From positions 1 through 64,000 of the IMG/VR virus record IMGVR_UViG_3300033146_001759: a stretch of DNA of 64,000 nucleotides; one strand, 5' to 3'. Below the pieces are notes generated by a model, which had not been told where the DNA came from, did not search any database, and saw nothing but the letters and a program-made list of their open reading frames with translations. Positions 42,818 to 54,009 of this stretch are shown here, one piece after another; the stretch's first letter is position 1, and the number at the start of each line of letters is the position of its first letter. The position numbers and the translations under genes are program-made. The stretch is from a virus.

Positions 42818-43064
42818 TACTATTATTTTGTTTAATATTTACTAAAGGTGGAATTAAGGTTTTAATTAATTTTCCAACAAATCCAACAAATAAGAAAAAA
42901 CCAATTGCTGTACCCCAAGAAACATGCGTCACTGGTAATGGTACTCCCCAACTAACAAAATCTACTGCCATAACATTAAAAACTATCATAGCAACCAATG
43001 CATCAACAATGGTATAACCAATCCAAAAAAAGTTCTTAATAAATCCTAAAAGTGCTCCTAACAT
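42807..43064 (-). CDS. small membrane protein
   Basis: Hydrophobic throughout. Confidence 0.6.
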   Translation of the reverse strand: MLGALLGFIKNFFWIGYTIVDALVAMIVFNVMAVDFVSWGVPLPVTHVSWGTAIGFFLFVGFVGKLIKTLIPPLVNIKQNNSNEN

Positions 43065-43103
43065 AATTTTTATTTTTAAAGTTTATATTAATTATTTAAT
43101 TAT

Positions 43104-44300
43104 TTAATTATCAATTCCATTTTTAACGATATATATACCTAAACCTACACACACCATCAAAGTAAAAACATATGCCATAACAACTGCCCATAATGGGGGT
43201 TCAACTGTTAAATAATCGAATTGTTCAAACGATAACCTCTCCCAACGGTTATTAACTTCACCCTTTACATATGATGCTATATCTAGCATATCTTTTTCAT
43301 TTAATTTTTTACCTTGAATATATTTATGAATATTACTTACCATTCCAGCAGAATTAGACCAAGTAAAAACCCTATTCCAAACAATATTATTTTCACCATC
43401 AACACCAATATTAATAACCAATTCATTTTTATTTCCACCTACCCAATAATTTTCTTGCATATCTCCAATAGTTTCATCTGTGGTTTTATGAATAAGTACC
43501 CAAATTCTTACTTGTTTATCATAACCCAATGCACCATTTATTTTTTGATATTCTTTTTGTACTTTTTTATTATTCCAACCTAAAACACTAGGGTATGTGA
43601 AATAATCTCGATCAAATATTGGATATTTAAATAGTTTTAATGAATCTGCTTTTTCATCAGTAACTTCAATAAAATTAAAAACAGTATAATCTGATGATTT
43701 AATTCTATTTTCATATGTATGAATAGTTACAATTGGCTCTTGTGTATCATACATTTTATCCCAATTCACCCTCCAAACATAAGACATATTACCAACACGT
43801 TGTCCTTGGAATTTAGTCCCACTTGAACTAACACATCTATCATTTTTTGAATAATTTCTTCTTGTTTTTGTTTTTACTCTATTCCCACCAAATTGTTTTT
43901 TTAATTTTTCATATTTATTTTCACTAATACCAATATATATTCCTAATTTAGTCATAACATACCATTTTGGTCCTACATCATCTTGATATGAACAATCATA
44001 CGTTCTTGTACAATATGTTGTATTTCCTTTTGAATCTGTACCACAAGGATACGATTCACTACAAGTCTGAGAAACCCACTCATTCCATGGTTCTTCCTCA
44101 ACAACATAAGCAACTTCATCACCCCAATATTCAGTAAATGACACACTAGCTATATCAACTAATGCTTTTTCACCAAATGATAAAATCGTTGGCACTAAGA
44201 TAATAAGTAATATTTCCCACCAAACAACATATTTCTTAAAAAACATTAATAATATAATAGCTGTTATTATTGCGATACCAATTGTTCCAAATATTATCAT
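43104..44300 (-). CDS. membrane protein with Cys-rich extracytoplasmic domain
   Basis: Two N-terminal TMs, 4-Cys hairpin, YENR, YWVGGNKNE, C-terminal TM; early promoter. Confidence 0.65.
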   Translation of the reverse strand: MIIFGTIGIAIITAIILLMFFKKYVVWWEILLIILVPTILSFGEKALVDIASVSFTEYWGDEVAYVVEEEPWNEWVSQTCSESYPCGTDSKGNTTYCTRTYDCSYQDDVGPKWYVMTKLGIYIGISENKYEKLKKQFGGNRVKTKTRRNYSKNDRCVSSSGTKFQGQRVGNMSYVWRVNWDKMYDTQEPIVTIHTYENRIKSSDYTVFNFIEVTDEKADSLKLFKYPIFDRDYFTYPSVLGWNNKKVQKEYQKINGALGYDKQVRIWVLIHKTTDETIGDMQENYWVGGNKNELVINIGVDGENNIVWNRVFTWSNSAGMVSNIHKYIQGKKLNEKDMLDIASYVKGEVNNRWERLSFEQFDYLTVEPPLWAVVMAYVFTLMVCVGLGIYIVKNGIDN

Positions 44301-44391
44301 TTCTTTTTTATTTTTAAGATTATTAATTTATTAAATATATACAAAGATAATAAATATATATATATTAAACACATATATTTTTAATATTTTT

Positions 44392-44598
44392 TTATTTTAT
44401 CTCTTGTTCTTCTAAATACCATTCAGCAAACATTTTAAATCGATCCATTGGAATATTTATTGTTGTGTGACCCATTGTTAAAATAACAATATTAGGTTTA
44501 ACCATTATACTTTGGTCATTAAAGCCTATTCCTTGTTCATTTAATCGTTTTGCTGTATCTATATCATTACAGTCACATGGTTTAATTTTTGTTTTCAT
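44392..44598 (-). CDS. hypothetical protein
   Basis: Operonic ORF. Confidence 0.5.
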   Translation of the reverse strand: MKTKIKPCDCNDIDTAKRLNEQGIGFNDQSIMVKPNIVILTMGHTTINIPMDRFKMFAEWYLEEQEIK

Positions 44599-44786
44599 AA
44601 TCCTTCTATCATTCCATTTTGAATATCTTCATCTGCTAATAATAGTAATATAGCTGAAATTTCATATGCACCTTCTGGACCAAACTTACTTAAAATTTTC
44701 TTCCCTTCAGAAATATACATATCTTTTAATTTTTCTAATTCTTCCACATCAAATGATTTTTTATTCATATTCTCGTTATAATCCAT
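44595..44786 (-). CDS. hypothetical protein
   Basis: Operonic ORF. Confidence 0.5.
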   Translation of the reverse strand: MDYNENMNKKSFDVEELEKLKDMYISEGKKILSKFGPEGAYEISAILLLLADEDIQNGMIEGL

Positions 44787-45099
44787 AATATTCCTCTCTT
44801 TTAATTTCTTTATTTATTTTCATTTTTTGTGCTAATACCCACACTCCACCTTGAGATTTTGGTCTATTATAATATTCAATATCTTCTACTTCTACTTCTA
44901 CCCATACTCTATTTTTTTCACTTAAATGTGGTGCATTTGGTTCTAATGTACAATGCCAACCTTGTCTAACAACAAATCCCTTAGTTGGGTGATTTTCAGC
45001 ATCCATCCACACCCCAATATCCATCCGGGATTTCTTATTTATAAATAATGGACTCAATTTACCATCTTTCATTTTTCTTATTAATTTATATACTATCAT
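44776..45099 (-). CDS. hypothetical protein (start revised to MIVYKL)
   Basis: PLFIN, HPTKGF..RQGWHC..APHL, RVWVEVE. Confidence 0.6.
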   Translation of the reverse strand: MIVYKLIRKMKDGKLSPLFINKKSRMDIGVWMDAENHPTKGFVVRQGWHCTLEPNAPHLSEKNRVWVEVEVEDIEYYNRPKSQGGVWVLAQKMKINKEIKREEYYGL

Positions 45100-45400
45100 A
45101 TATATTTTTTTTATTTTTTTTTTAAAAAAACCAAACATCAGATATATCACCATCATATACTTTGCTTACATTTTCTTGTGCTTTTTTTAATGCATTACGA
45201 CTACAATATTCTGTAATAATATATGGTTTATCCAACCATTTAATAGTAGAAGTTATTTCAGCATTAACAACACAACCATTTATACCTAAATATATAAATG
45301 GCTCATATACATATGTTTTTTTTATTAAAAAAAAACCACATTCATATATTTTTGAAATTTTATCTATAATTTTTTTTTAAAATAACCATAATTTATATTT

Positions 45401-45592
45401 TTAATATGTTGAATTTAATCTAACTACACTTTCTGATTCTACATAAAAATCCAACGGATAACTTTCCTCAGATATAATTAAATTTTCATCAATCATAACT
45501 TCTTTTACAGTATGTACATCAACTGTTTTTTCGTGTGTTTGAATAACTATCAAATCACCTTTTTCTATTTCTTCTATACTAACAATTTCCAT
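45401..45592 (-). CDS. hypothetical protein
   Basis: Operonic ORF. Confidence 0.5.
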   Translation of the reverse strand: MEIVSIEEIEKGDLIVIQTHEKTVDVHTVKEVMIDENLIISEESYPLDFYVESESVVRLNSTY

Positions 45593-45596
45593 ATTT

Positions 45597-45971
45597 TTAT
45601 TTTATAAAATGTATATCTTTTATCCAAAAACCATCATATTTCGATAATATATTCGAGTGTTGTTGTTTTTTAAAACACTTTCGACAAACTCTATGTTGTT
45701 TTGTTGCTGATCCAAAACACCAATATACCCAGTTATGTACACAAAAAATTTTTTTTATTTCTACACGATTAAGAAATCCCATCAATACATCTTTATCAAC
45801 ATCTTTACTTATAGGAGTATAATCATTTTTTTTTAGACGACTATTTATCACCATATTATCTTTTTTATTATCAATATTACCTTCCATTAATATTTTTATT
45901 AAAGTATATGCTTGATGTTTTGTTAGTTTATGTTCATCTAAATCACTTAAAATACTTTTTAAATTTTCCAT
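45597..45971 (-). CDS. hypothetical protein with CxH...CxxC motif
   Basis: FCVHNW...CRKC. Confidence 0.5.
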   Translation of the reverse strand: MENLKSILSDLDEHKLTKHQAYTLIKILMEGNIDNKKDNMVINSRLKKNDYTPISKDVDKDVLMGFLNRVEIKKIFCVHNWVYWCFGSATKQHRVCRKCFKKQQHSNILSKYDGFWIKDIHFIK

Positions 45972-46059
45972 ATTATTTCTCCTAAATATTTTTTATATTA
46001 AATATTTAAACATAAATTAGGATGATACTAACAATTATTAATATCATCCTAATTCTAAT

Positions 46060-46836
46060 TTATTTAATTTGGTTTCCAGTCGCTAAAACAACCTCTGGAT
46101 GTTCTTTTAATACTTTAGACACTTTATCTTTTTTCATTTGGTCAGATGATACATTTTTATTATCTGATTTAGAGTCTGATTTAGATTCTGATTTAGATAC
46201 ATTTTTATTATCTGATTTAAATAAATCAATATCATCATCTACACCTTTTTCAAATACATCTTCTGTTGACGTTGATGTCACTGGTTTATATGATAAAATT
46301 TCCCAAACTTCTTCGGTTTCCATTGTTAATTTTAAATGTTTAATTTCTTCTTTTGAAAATCGTCTATCAAAATAATCTTTACCATCTAAAATTTCATCAT
46401 TAATAAACCAAGTCTGTGGTTTTGTCTTAATATATGTAGCGTATTCTCTTGATACATCAATACAAATATCTTGTGCTCTTTTAAATTTTGCCCTTTCTGT
46501 TTTAATTGATACCATTAATTCTTTATACATATCCGTAGATAATTGTGGATTAAACCCAGATACAAGCTGTAACATTGCATCATCACTCATTAAATCTCCA
46601 GCAATTTTACTAAATACATCCTCAAAATCATTTGAAAATTTATCTGTAACTTGTGCATTTTGTGATATAACTTTAAACATGTTATCACGAGCAGTTTTAC
46701 CTACTTTATATTGCCCTTTAAAACGCTCTCTTAAAGCCATTTCTTTGTTATCTATCCCCATATCATAGATAAACAACCCAACACCAACTGCTGCAATCAC
46801 AGCAATCACAGCAATCACTAATACTAATTTTTTCAT
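46060..46836 (-). CDS. membrane-anchored coiled-coil protein
   Basis: N-terminal signal anchor, NPQL..DMYKELM, ERAKF; early promoter at 46874. Confidence 0.6.
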   Translation of the reverse strand: MKKLVLVIAVIAVIAAVGVGLFIYDMGIDNKEMALRERFKGQYKVGKTARDNMFKVISQNAQVTDKFSNDFEDVFSKIAGDLMSDDAMLQLVSGFNPQLSTDMYKELMVSIKTERAKFKRAQDICIDVSREYATYIKTKPQTWFINDEILDGKDYFDRRFSKEEIKHLKLTMETEEVWEILSYKPVTSTSTEDVFEKGVDDDIDLFKSDNKNVSKSESKSDSKSDNKNVSSDQMKKDKVSKVLKEHPEVVLATGNQIK

Positions 46837-46921
46837 ACTTAATTTATTTTTTTAATTTATAATTATTGAATTGCAAAGATAATACTTTTTTTCCTTAAAA
46901 CCCAAACAATATATTAATATA

Positions 46922-47242
46922 TTATTCTTTTTTTATATATTCTCTAGCATATCCTCTTATCGTTGTTTCTTTTACAGGATTATTATCCTCTTTTTTATTT
47001 TTTTTAGATTCTATTTCGTCAATTAATTTATAATTCACTAATTGTATATAATTCTGTTCAATAAATTCATCAAAATATTTTTCTTTTATTTCATAATCAT
47101 AATATGGTTCTTCACTTTTTTGACCATTTTTAATCATACTATAATCACCACTCCCTATCAATTTTGCATCAATAGGTAAAATACACCCCACACACGTTCT
47201 AACTATAATAAAACTTTCTGTTTCTTTTCTCATTTTAATCAT
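46922..47242 (-). CDS. hypothetical protein
   Basis: Operonic ORF. Confidence 0.5.
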   Translation of the reverse strand: MIKMRKETESFIIVRTCVGCILPIDAKLIGSGDYSMIKNGQKSEEPYYDYEIKEKYFDEFIEQNYIQLVNYKLIDEIESKKNKKEDNNPVKETTIRGYAREYIKKE

Positions 47243-47257
47243 ATTAAAATAACAATA

Positions 47258-47590
47258 TTAATCTTTTTTTAATATTGTTTTTATTTTTTTTATCCTTATT
47301 CTATTGTTCAATATCATATCAACTAAATCAGACTTATTTACATTTTTATGAAAAATAACAGTAAAATAGATTTCTGTCAATATACCCATATCTGTTTCAA
47401 TATAATAAGAGCTAATATGTGATACGTGACTATAAATATTTTCACCATCATAATATATCACATTATAAATATTATTAAATTCATACTCACCACATAATAC
47501 TATTGATTCTATTATATTCTTTTTTTCATTAAATATAATTGAAGAAATTTTATAATAAATTTTATCTATCAATATTATATTATCTAACAT
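47258..47590 (-). CDS. small protein with C-terminal RIKKIKTIL motif
   Basis: Shared C-terminal motif. Confidence 0.55.
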   Translation of the reverse strand: MLDNIILIDKIYYKISSIIFNEKKNIIESIVLCGEYEFNNIYNVIYYDGENIYSHVSHISSYYIETDMGILTEIYFTVIFHKNVNKSDLVDMILNNRIRIKKIKTILKKD

Positions 47591-47592
47591 AA

Positions 47593-48390
47593 TTATATAC
47601 TAAATTCTACACTAATTAATAAATTTGATGTCTCACCCAAAACCAATAAATATGTTTCGGCAACATAAACAATCATATTTTTATCAACATCATAATTTAT
47701 ACAATTAAAATATTTTTTTGGAAAAGATACAGTCTCATCCGGCATATCAATATTACATACATTAAAATCCCACCTATTCTCTCCAATTGATAATTGTTCA
47801 TTTTTAATATTCATATACAATACATCATTATCCTTTTCTATACCTGCTTTACTTTTTATATATCTAAAATCATCTTCTTTTAATGAAAAATTAAACATCG
47901 TTAAATCTATATCCATTAAATTATCAATCTGATCAGTATCAATATCTTGTTCGTTTGAAGGTTTTGCACCTGGTGTTTCTTCTTTACTTTTACTATTTTT
48001 AATCAATAATTTTTCACATATATTTGATTCAGGATAATATGTTAACTGAAACACAACATCATCAAATATCTCTTGTGATCTCATATATTTTATAAACATT
48101 GATATTGAATTAGTAAATCGCTTACCATCATCTATTTTATATAATATTTCATCATCTAACTTATCTTTAATAATTGAAAATGTTTCACTAATTACTTGTG
48201 TATGTGATTTAAATGAATGAATATTCACACCCTTTCCAACTATCGAATATATTAATAAATCATTATTATTTAATTTCAAGTAAACAGATTTATCTAATTT
48301 TGTTAAATCTTTCATTTTCTTAATCAACTCTTCTAATTTATCCAAACTGATTTTATAATTTGCTTTTTTTGTATTAATTCTTTTTGCCAT
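47593..48390 (-). CDS. possible DNA sliding clamp (gp45/PCNA-like)
   Basis: 265 aa, acidic, apparent two-domain alpha/beta periodicity; no diagnostic motif. Confidence 0.35.
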   Translation of the reverse strand: MAKRINTKKANYKISLDKLEELIKKMKDLTKLDKSVYLKLNNNDLLIYSIVGKGVNIHSFKSHTQVISETFSIIKDKLDDEILYKIDDGKRFTNSISMFIKYMRSQEIFDDVVFQLTYYPESNICEKLLIKNSKSKEETPGAKPSNEQDIDTDQIDNLMDIDLTMFNFSLKEDDFRYIKSKAGIEKDNDVLYMNIKNEQLSIGENRWDFNVCNIDMPDETVSFPKKYFNCINYDVDKNMIVYVAETYLLVLGETSNLLISVEFSI

Positions 48391-48628
48391 TTAATATTGT
48401 TTTTATTTTTTCAACTCTAATACTATTTTTTATAATATTTAGTGATTCTAAACATTCTTTCATATTTTTACCTAAAACATATTTAGGTTCACCATCAACA
48501 TATAATATCAATGATGTATAATTAAGTACCTCATTTTCTTTTATTTCAGATTTTTTAAAAATATTTAGAAATAATCTAGTTAATTCATCAATTTCATCTT
48601 TCATCCAATTATTAGTAAATGTATTCAT
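48374..48628 (-). CDS. small protein with C-terminal RVEKIKTIL motif
   Basis: Shared C-terminal motif. Confidence 0.55.
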   Translation of the reverse strand: MNTFTNNWMKDEIDELTRLFLNIFKKSEIKENEVLNYTSLILYVDGEPKYVLGKNMKECLESLNIIKNSIRVEKIKTILNGKKN

Positions 48629-48709
48629 ATTTTATATAGTTGTAATTTTTAATTTTGTTTATTTATACAACCAAATATTTATTCGTTATTTGTAGCTCAC
48701 CCACAAATG

Positions 48710-48747
48710 AAATGTGGCTCATATATTTGAATATATGAGCCACATTT
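48710..48747. terminator. perfect 18-bp inverted repeat
   Basis: aaatgtggctcatatatt-tg-aatatatgagccacattt. Confidence 0.7.
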
Positions 48748-48762
48748 ATAATTTTAATTAGC

Positions 48763-49713
48763 TTATTTTTTAATTTCTTCTAAATATGGTGAAATTAATT
48801 CCGAAAATGTTTTCTTAACATCTTCAATATACTCTTTACCTATTGATGTTATCTTATTAGTTAATGGGTTAAAATCATCACCTATTTCTTTTGCTGGTGT
48901 TTTTGCTTCAGCATCATCATTAGAACTTATTCGTTTAGCTGTTACTTCACCACGATCATTCACATCTGATATAACTATTTTTTCTTTTTTACCATCTTTT
49001 GTTTCATAATTATAAACATCACCTTTTTTTAATTCTTTATTATGATCTTCATTTTTAGCTAATTCTTCATCTAATTTTTTCATTGATTCTTTTTGCTTAT
49101 TTTGAATTTTTTTCATTTTATCTGAATATTCATTATTTGCATCTTTTTCACTCATTTTTAAACCATTTACTAAAAAATCTATTTTTTTCTTAATTATATC
49201 TTCTTCCAACTCAACCATTTTTAATTGAGCATACATTTTAGCAGTAAATATTTCTTCACCTTTTTTATTTTTTATATATGGTTCTATTTTTTTGTGAGTT
49301 AATTTTATTTTTGTATTTATAGCTTTATCTAATTCATTTTCTGCTTCCTTTGAATCTTTTGTTGATGTATCCTTTGTTTTTGTGTGCTCTTCCATATTAT
49401 CAACAATACTTTCTTCTATAACATTATCTTCTTTATCTTTATCATCGGAATGATTCTCACTATCAATATTTTTTTTATCATTTATTGATTTTTTAAAATC
49501 TTCAACTAAATTTTTCTGTTTAAATAAGCTTTCTATATCTTCTTTTGCAGAAGCAATAATAGGATCTATTTTTTTAGCCACTTTTATTTTTTTTGCATAA
49601 TCTAACAATTTACCCCCCAAAAACTTAAACATTTTTCCTAATATACTTTCATTTATATTATTATTTTTCTCATTTAAAAAATCATCATATGTTTTTATAT
49701 TTTTTAATTTCAT
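48763..49713 (-). CDS. charged coiled-coil protein with CTS-like start
   Basis: MKLKNIKTYDDFLNE. Confidence 0.6.
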   Translation of the reverse strand: MKLKNIKTYDDFLNEKNNNINESILGKMFKFLGGKLLDYAKKIKVAKKIDPIIASAKEDIESLFKQKNLVEDFKKSINDKKNIDSENHSDDKDKEDNVIEESIVDNMEEHTKTKDTSTKDSKEAENELDKAINTKIKLTHKKIEPYIKNKKGEEIFTAKMYAQLKMVELEEDIIKKKIDFLVNGLKMSEKDANNEYSDKMKKIQNKQKESMKKLDEELAKNEDHNKELKKGDVYNYETKDGKKEKIVISDVNDRGEVTAKRISSNDDAEAKTPAKEIGDDFNPLTNKITSIGKEYIEDVKKTFSELISPYLEEIKK

Positions 49714-49731
49714 TTCATTTAATTATTTTAT

Positions 49732-50046
49732 TTATATATTAATAATATAATACGACATTGTTTCTTTATCACCAGCAATAGATGTTTTATTTGATTTTTC
49801 TATAAAATTTTCTTTTTCTAAAACTGTTATTATTTTTTCATCAACTCCAGGATTTATAAAAAATTCATGTTTTCCTAATAAATCTGTATCTGGAATAGTT
49901 ATAGATAATGCTTGATATATTTCTCCACCCATCATAATATATATTTCATCGGAATATAATAATGTAAATACAATTTTTTCTCCCAATAAATTAACCGAGA
50001 AAATACCACTTTCCTTTTTTTCAAAAACATTAAAACTTATTATCAT
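49732..50046 (-). CDS. hypothetical protein with CTS-like start
   Basis: MIISFNVFE. Confidence 0.55.
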   Translation of the reverse strand: MIISFNVFEKKESGIFSVNLLGEKIVFTLLYSDEIYIMMGGEIYQALSITIPDTDLLGKHEFFINPGVDEKIITVLEKENFIEKSNKTSIAGDKETMSYYIINI

Positions 50047-50062
50047 AATCTTTTATATATTT

Positions 50063-50557
50063 TTATTTCATAAATATATTTCTTATTAATTCTGCAATAT
50101 ATTTTAATATTGCATATATTTTATTTTTTGGACTTAATTTTGGAGATTCTTCTTCTACTCTTTTTTTAGCATATTCTAATATTTCATCATAATTCAAAAT
50201 CTCAGAATGTAAACTACCATCATAATCAACAAAATCACCATCTTCAAAAAATATTTTAATATAATCAAAATCTAATTTATACATTGCTTCATCTTCTGGT
50301 TCTAATTCATATGGGTTAATATCATCATCAATACCATCTAATTCAAACCCAACAATTGGTGAATTATTATTTATAAAACTAAAATCTGTACCAGTAAATT
50401 CTAATTCAATATTTGGTAATTCTTCAAATTTAGTATCTAACCTTAAAAATACTTTATTTTTTGTATATTCAGAGGATATTATATCCATATTCATATTCCC
50501 AGAAAAATCAAATTCATACCTTGATTCAAATTTTTTAAAATTATCTATATATCTCAT
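50063..50557 (-). CDS. acidic protein with CTS-like start (start revised)
   Basis: MRYIDNFKKFES follows TTTTATATATA. Confidence 0.55.
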   Translation of the reverse strand: MRYIDNFKKFESRYEFDFSGNMNMDIISSEYTKNKVFLRLDTKFEELPNIELEFTGTDFSFINNNSPIVGFELDGIDDDINPYELEPEDEAMYKLDFDYIKIFFEDGDFVDYDGSLHSEILNYDEILEYAKKRVEEESPKLSPKNKIYAILKYIAELIRNIFMK

Positions 50558-50651
50558 TTTTTTATTTTTTTTTTTATTATATATAAAATATCCTAAACAA
50601 AAAAAAAAGGTTAGCATAAACTAACCTTTTTTAACACTATTTTATTCAATA

Positions 50652-51416
50652 CTATTTCTGAGCTTCTAAAATATTATTATAATATGTATCAAACCCTTCT
50701 AATTGTTCAGTAATAGATTTAACATCACCCCCAATACCGATAACATTATCCATTATTCCAAATTTAACTGCTTCATCTGAATTTAACCAATTATCTCGTT
50801 TAGACACTTCTAATATTTCATGTACTGATTTATTTGTATATTTTCCTAACCTTTTAAATAAAAGATAATTCGCTTTTTCTGCTTCTTTTTGTGTAATTCT
50901 AACATCTTGAATATTACCCTGAGCACCATATGATACTTGGTGTGTCATAACCTTAGAATTAATCAAACCTCTACGTTTTCCTTTCTCACCAGCACCAAGT
51001 AATACTGATCCCATAGATGCACACATACCTAAATTGATTGTACTTATTGGTGGTTCAACAAATTCCATAGTATCAATTATACCTAATCCAGCATCAACAC
51101 TACCACCAGGAGTATTTAAATACATTTTTATTTCTAGTGATGTATCAACTGATTCCAAAAACAACAATTGTGCTTGAATTATATCAGACATTTGAGAATT
51201 AACTACACCAGATAACCACAAAATTCTATCTTTCATCAATCTATCAAAAACTGACATAGTAATCATATTCATCTCTCTTTCCTCAACAATATGTGGAGTA
51301 TAAAGACCACTCACAGAATTTTGTTGTTTAATTACTTGGTCAACCACAAGACCATTATAACCAAGATGTTTAACAGCATAATCTCTAAATTCTTTTTCAT
51401 TATTCATTTTATTCAT
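50652..51416 (-). CDS. clpP: Clp protease proteolytic subunit
   Basis: DRILWL, AQLLFLE, LNTPGG, CASMG, MTHQ, RDNWL. Confidence 0.93.
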   Translation of the reverse strand: MNKMNNEKEFRDYAVKHLGYNGLVVDQVIKQQNSVSGLYTPHIVEEREMNMITMSVFDRLMKDRILWLSGVVNSQMSDIIQAQLLFLESVDTSLEIKMYLNTPGGSVDAGLGIIDTMEFVEPPISTINLGMCASMGSVLLGAGEKGKRRGLINSKVMTHQVSYGAQGNIQDVRITQKEAEKANYLLFKRLGKYTNKSVHEILEVSKRDNWLNSDEAVKFGIMDNVIGIGGDVKSITEQLEGFDTYYNNILEAQK

Positions 51417-51697
51417 ATTTTAAAATATTTAATTTTTATTTATTTTATATCTAATTTTTAATTTAGTTTATATTTTTTATAAACATCTTCAGTTATTTCA
51501 TTATTTTTATATAACTCATCTATCATATCACTTTTACCACTATTATATTGATTATATAAAAAATATATAATAACTATTGTTAATATTAAAATACTTATAA
51601 GTATTGCATATGGATTCATATTTCTTTTTTTTTTAATTATTAATTTATCTTGTATTTATCTTGTATGTGAGATATTTAATTCAGTAAAAACCATATT

Positions 51698-52408
51698 TTA
51701 TTCTTTTAATTGTTTAATAATTCTATTTCTATATAAAAAATCAACTTTTAATATAAATTTTTCCTTATATAATTCTAACATATCCAAATTTTCCCCACTT
51801 CTATTTATCATACTTTTTAATTCTGGATAATATTCAGATATACTCTCTTTTGTATATAACTCAACACCATCAATCAATGATAATGTTTACCCTAATTGAA
51901 ATGACATAGTTTTCAAATAATCCTCCCATAATACATTTCTTGTTCCCAAATTTTTTACACCACTTAAATCAATATTACACAAAACATCTAATTTTTCTAT
52001 TAAATCTGATTTCAATGCATTTTTAACCTCTTTTCTATATATTGTTCTTGATAAAAAAGATAATAATACCCTAGCTGTTCTTAAAATTTTAATAGTTACA
52101 TCTCTTTCTATCACCCTTTTTATTTGAAGTGGGTGTTTTTGTTCGTGATATGAATAAGTTAAATATAATGCATTATTTACTTCATCAAAAGTACCCTTAA
52201 AAACATCTACTACAATTCCATTTTTAATAATACATAAATTAGAATTTATCGTTTTATCTACATATATATCTGAATACATCTTATCTAATTTTGAAATTAA
52301 TTCGTGTGATTCTTGTATCGTCCCCAACGAATCTACAAAAAACATAATATCATAATCTGTTGAAGATTTTGACCCAAATATTTGATATACTTCTTCTATC
52401 ATATTCAT
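51698..52408 (-). pseudogene. nucleotidyltransferase-like gene interrupted by in-frame TAA at 51887-51889
   Basis: FGS..S.DYD motif; the frame continues FQLG*TLSLIDGVELYTKE... to a stop at 51698. Confidence 0.6.
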
Positions 52409-52435
52409 TTTTTATTTATACAAAGGTAATAAAAA

Positions 52436-52774
52436 TTATTTTATTCCCATTTTTTTCTTTATTTTTTCTTTAAGCATAAAAATATCATCATCTTTTGAAA
52501 TATCTCTCCAAGGATCATCATCATTCAACTCACTCCATCCAAATGGATTTACACTCACCGTAGATTTAATCTCACGAAAATTATAGTTTTCTTTTAATAT
52601 TTTTATTATATCATTTAAGATAAATTCAAATGAACTACAAACACCAAATTCAATCATTAAAATAATATCCACAACCAAATCATCAAATTCTTCTTTTGTG
52701 TATATTTTTTCATTTGTTAATAATATTTTTGGTGCTTCATGATGTGACCAATAACCAATCTCATATATCTCCAT
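52436..52774 (-). CDS. hypothetical protein
   Basis: Operonic ORF. Confidence 0.55.
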   Translation of the reverse strand: MEIYEIGYWSHHEAPKILLTNEKIYTKEEFDDLVVDIILMIEFGVCSSFEFILNDIIKILKENYNFREIKSTVSVNPFGWSELNDDDPWRDISKDDDIFMLKEKIKKKMGIK

Positions 52775-53097
52775 TATAATTCTTTTTTTATTTTTTTCAA
52801 CCGTTTTAAATGATACTCCATTTCATTAATAAATGTATCTATTACCCAATCACTCTTAGCATCATATACATCAATAACAGTATTACCACCATGCAGATAT
52901 AACGTATTATCATCAGCGTGTCTGGGTTTTTGTAACGTTAGTAAATTTGCATTACTACCTAAACTATCATAGTTTCTACCATCCATAATCTGTGTACCAC
53001 AACACGCATTATATAATTTATCTGCTAAATCATTAGCATTTGATTTCAATGAATCTGCACCATCATTATAAATAGTCACTGTTGTTAAAAATCCCAT
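52774..53097 (-). CDS. hypothetical early protein
   Basis: MGFLTTVTIYND...RHAD..LY..GGN; promoter at 53126. Confidence 0.6.
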   Translation of the reverse strand: MGFLTTVTIYNDGADSLKSNANDLADKLYNACCGTQIMDGRNYDSLGSNANLLTLQKPRHADDNTLYLHGGNTVIDVYDAKSDWVIDTFINEMEYHLKRLKKIKKEL

Positions 53098-53155
53098 TAT
53101 TTTCTATTTTAAATTATTATTTTTGCAAAGATATAAAAAAAAATCAATATAAATA

Positions 53156-53431
53156 TTATAAATATATATATTCATCATCAATAAAAATTTTTTTTTTATT
53201 TTTTAAGAAATCAACTACTACCTTAGCTATCTCAAGTTCATCAGTCATAAAAATTTCATCATTATCATTATATGATAAACATACATCGTGAATATTTTTT
53301 GAATATACTACTTTATCTGAATAAATATATTTAATTAAGACACCAACCCAATTACTGTTTCCCCCTTTTTTAACTTCTGGAATATATATTTTTTTATTTT
53401 TATTAACTGATACAATTCTTATTCTATACAT
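53156..53431 (-). CDS. hypothetical protein
   Basis: YRI...YIPEVK..W. Confidence 0.5.
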   Translation of the reverse strand: MYRIRIVSVNKNKKIYIPEVKKGGNSNWVGVLIKYIYSDKVVYSKNIHDVCLSYNDNDEIFMTDELEIAKVVVDFLKNKKKIFIDDEYIYL

Positions 53432-53538
53432 CTTTCAAATATTTAAGTATTTCATTATTATATTATATATAAATTATATTTGAAAGTTTATTATTTATAT
53501 ATAATATAATAAATTTTTAATAAAATAATAATAATATA

Positions 53539-54009
53539 ATGAAAATTGGAGAGAAAATTCTAAAAAATGGTGGATTGAAATTATATATGGAAAATAACCA
53601 ATCTATATTTGGAAATATCAGATTAGAAGATAAATTATACGAGATAAGATTTTGGTATAAAAACATCTTTCAAAACACATATCATGAAAACACATTAATA
53701 GATGCTAAAACAAAATTAAAAGAATTAATTATTAACGCATATCAACATGAAAAAATAGATGAAAAAAAATTAAACAATATGGAAAATTTTAATATTTTCA
53801 ATGAATCAAAAAACGAGAAAAAAAACATAAATATAAAAAATATCATTAATACTGGGGAGATATATGAAAAAACATTTTTTGCTTTTTTAAAAGATCAAAA
53901 CATATGGTATATACAAAACGAAAAATCACCAGAATTAATAAGATTATATAATGATGATTTTTTATATTTAAAAGAAACAAATTGGGGTAGATTCATATCA
54001 TTAATCTGA
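53539..54009 (+). CDS. hypothetical late protein
   Basis: TTTATATATA upstream; internal MENFNIFNES. Confidence 0.5.
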   Translation: MKIGEKILKNGGLKLYMENNQSIFGNIRLEDKLYEIRFWYKNIFQNTYHENTLIDAKTKLKELIINAYQHEKIDEKKLNNMENFNIFNESKNEKKNINIKNIINTGEIYEKTFFAFLKDQNIWYIQNEKSPELIRLYNDDFLYLKETNWGRFISLI

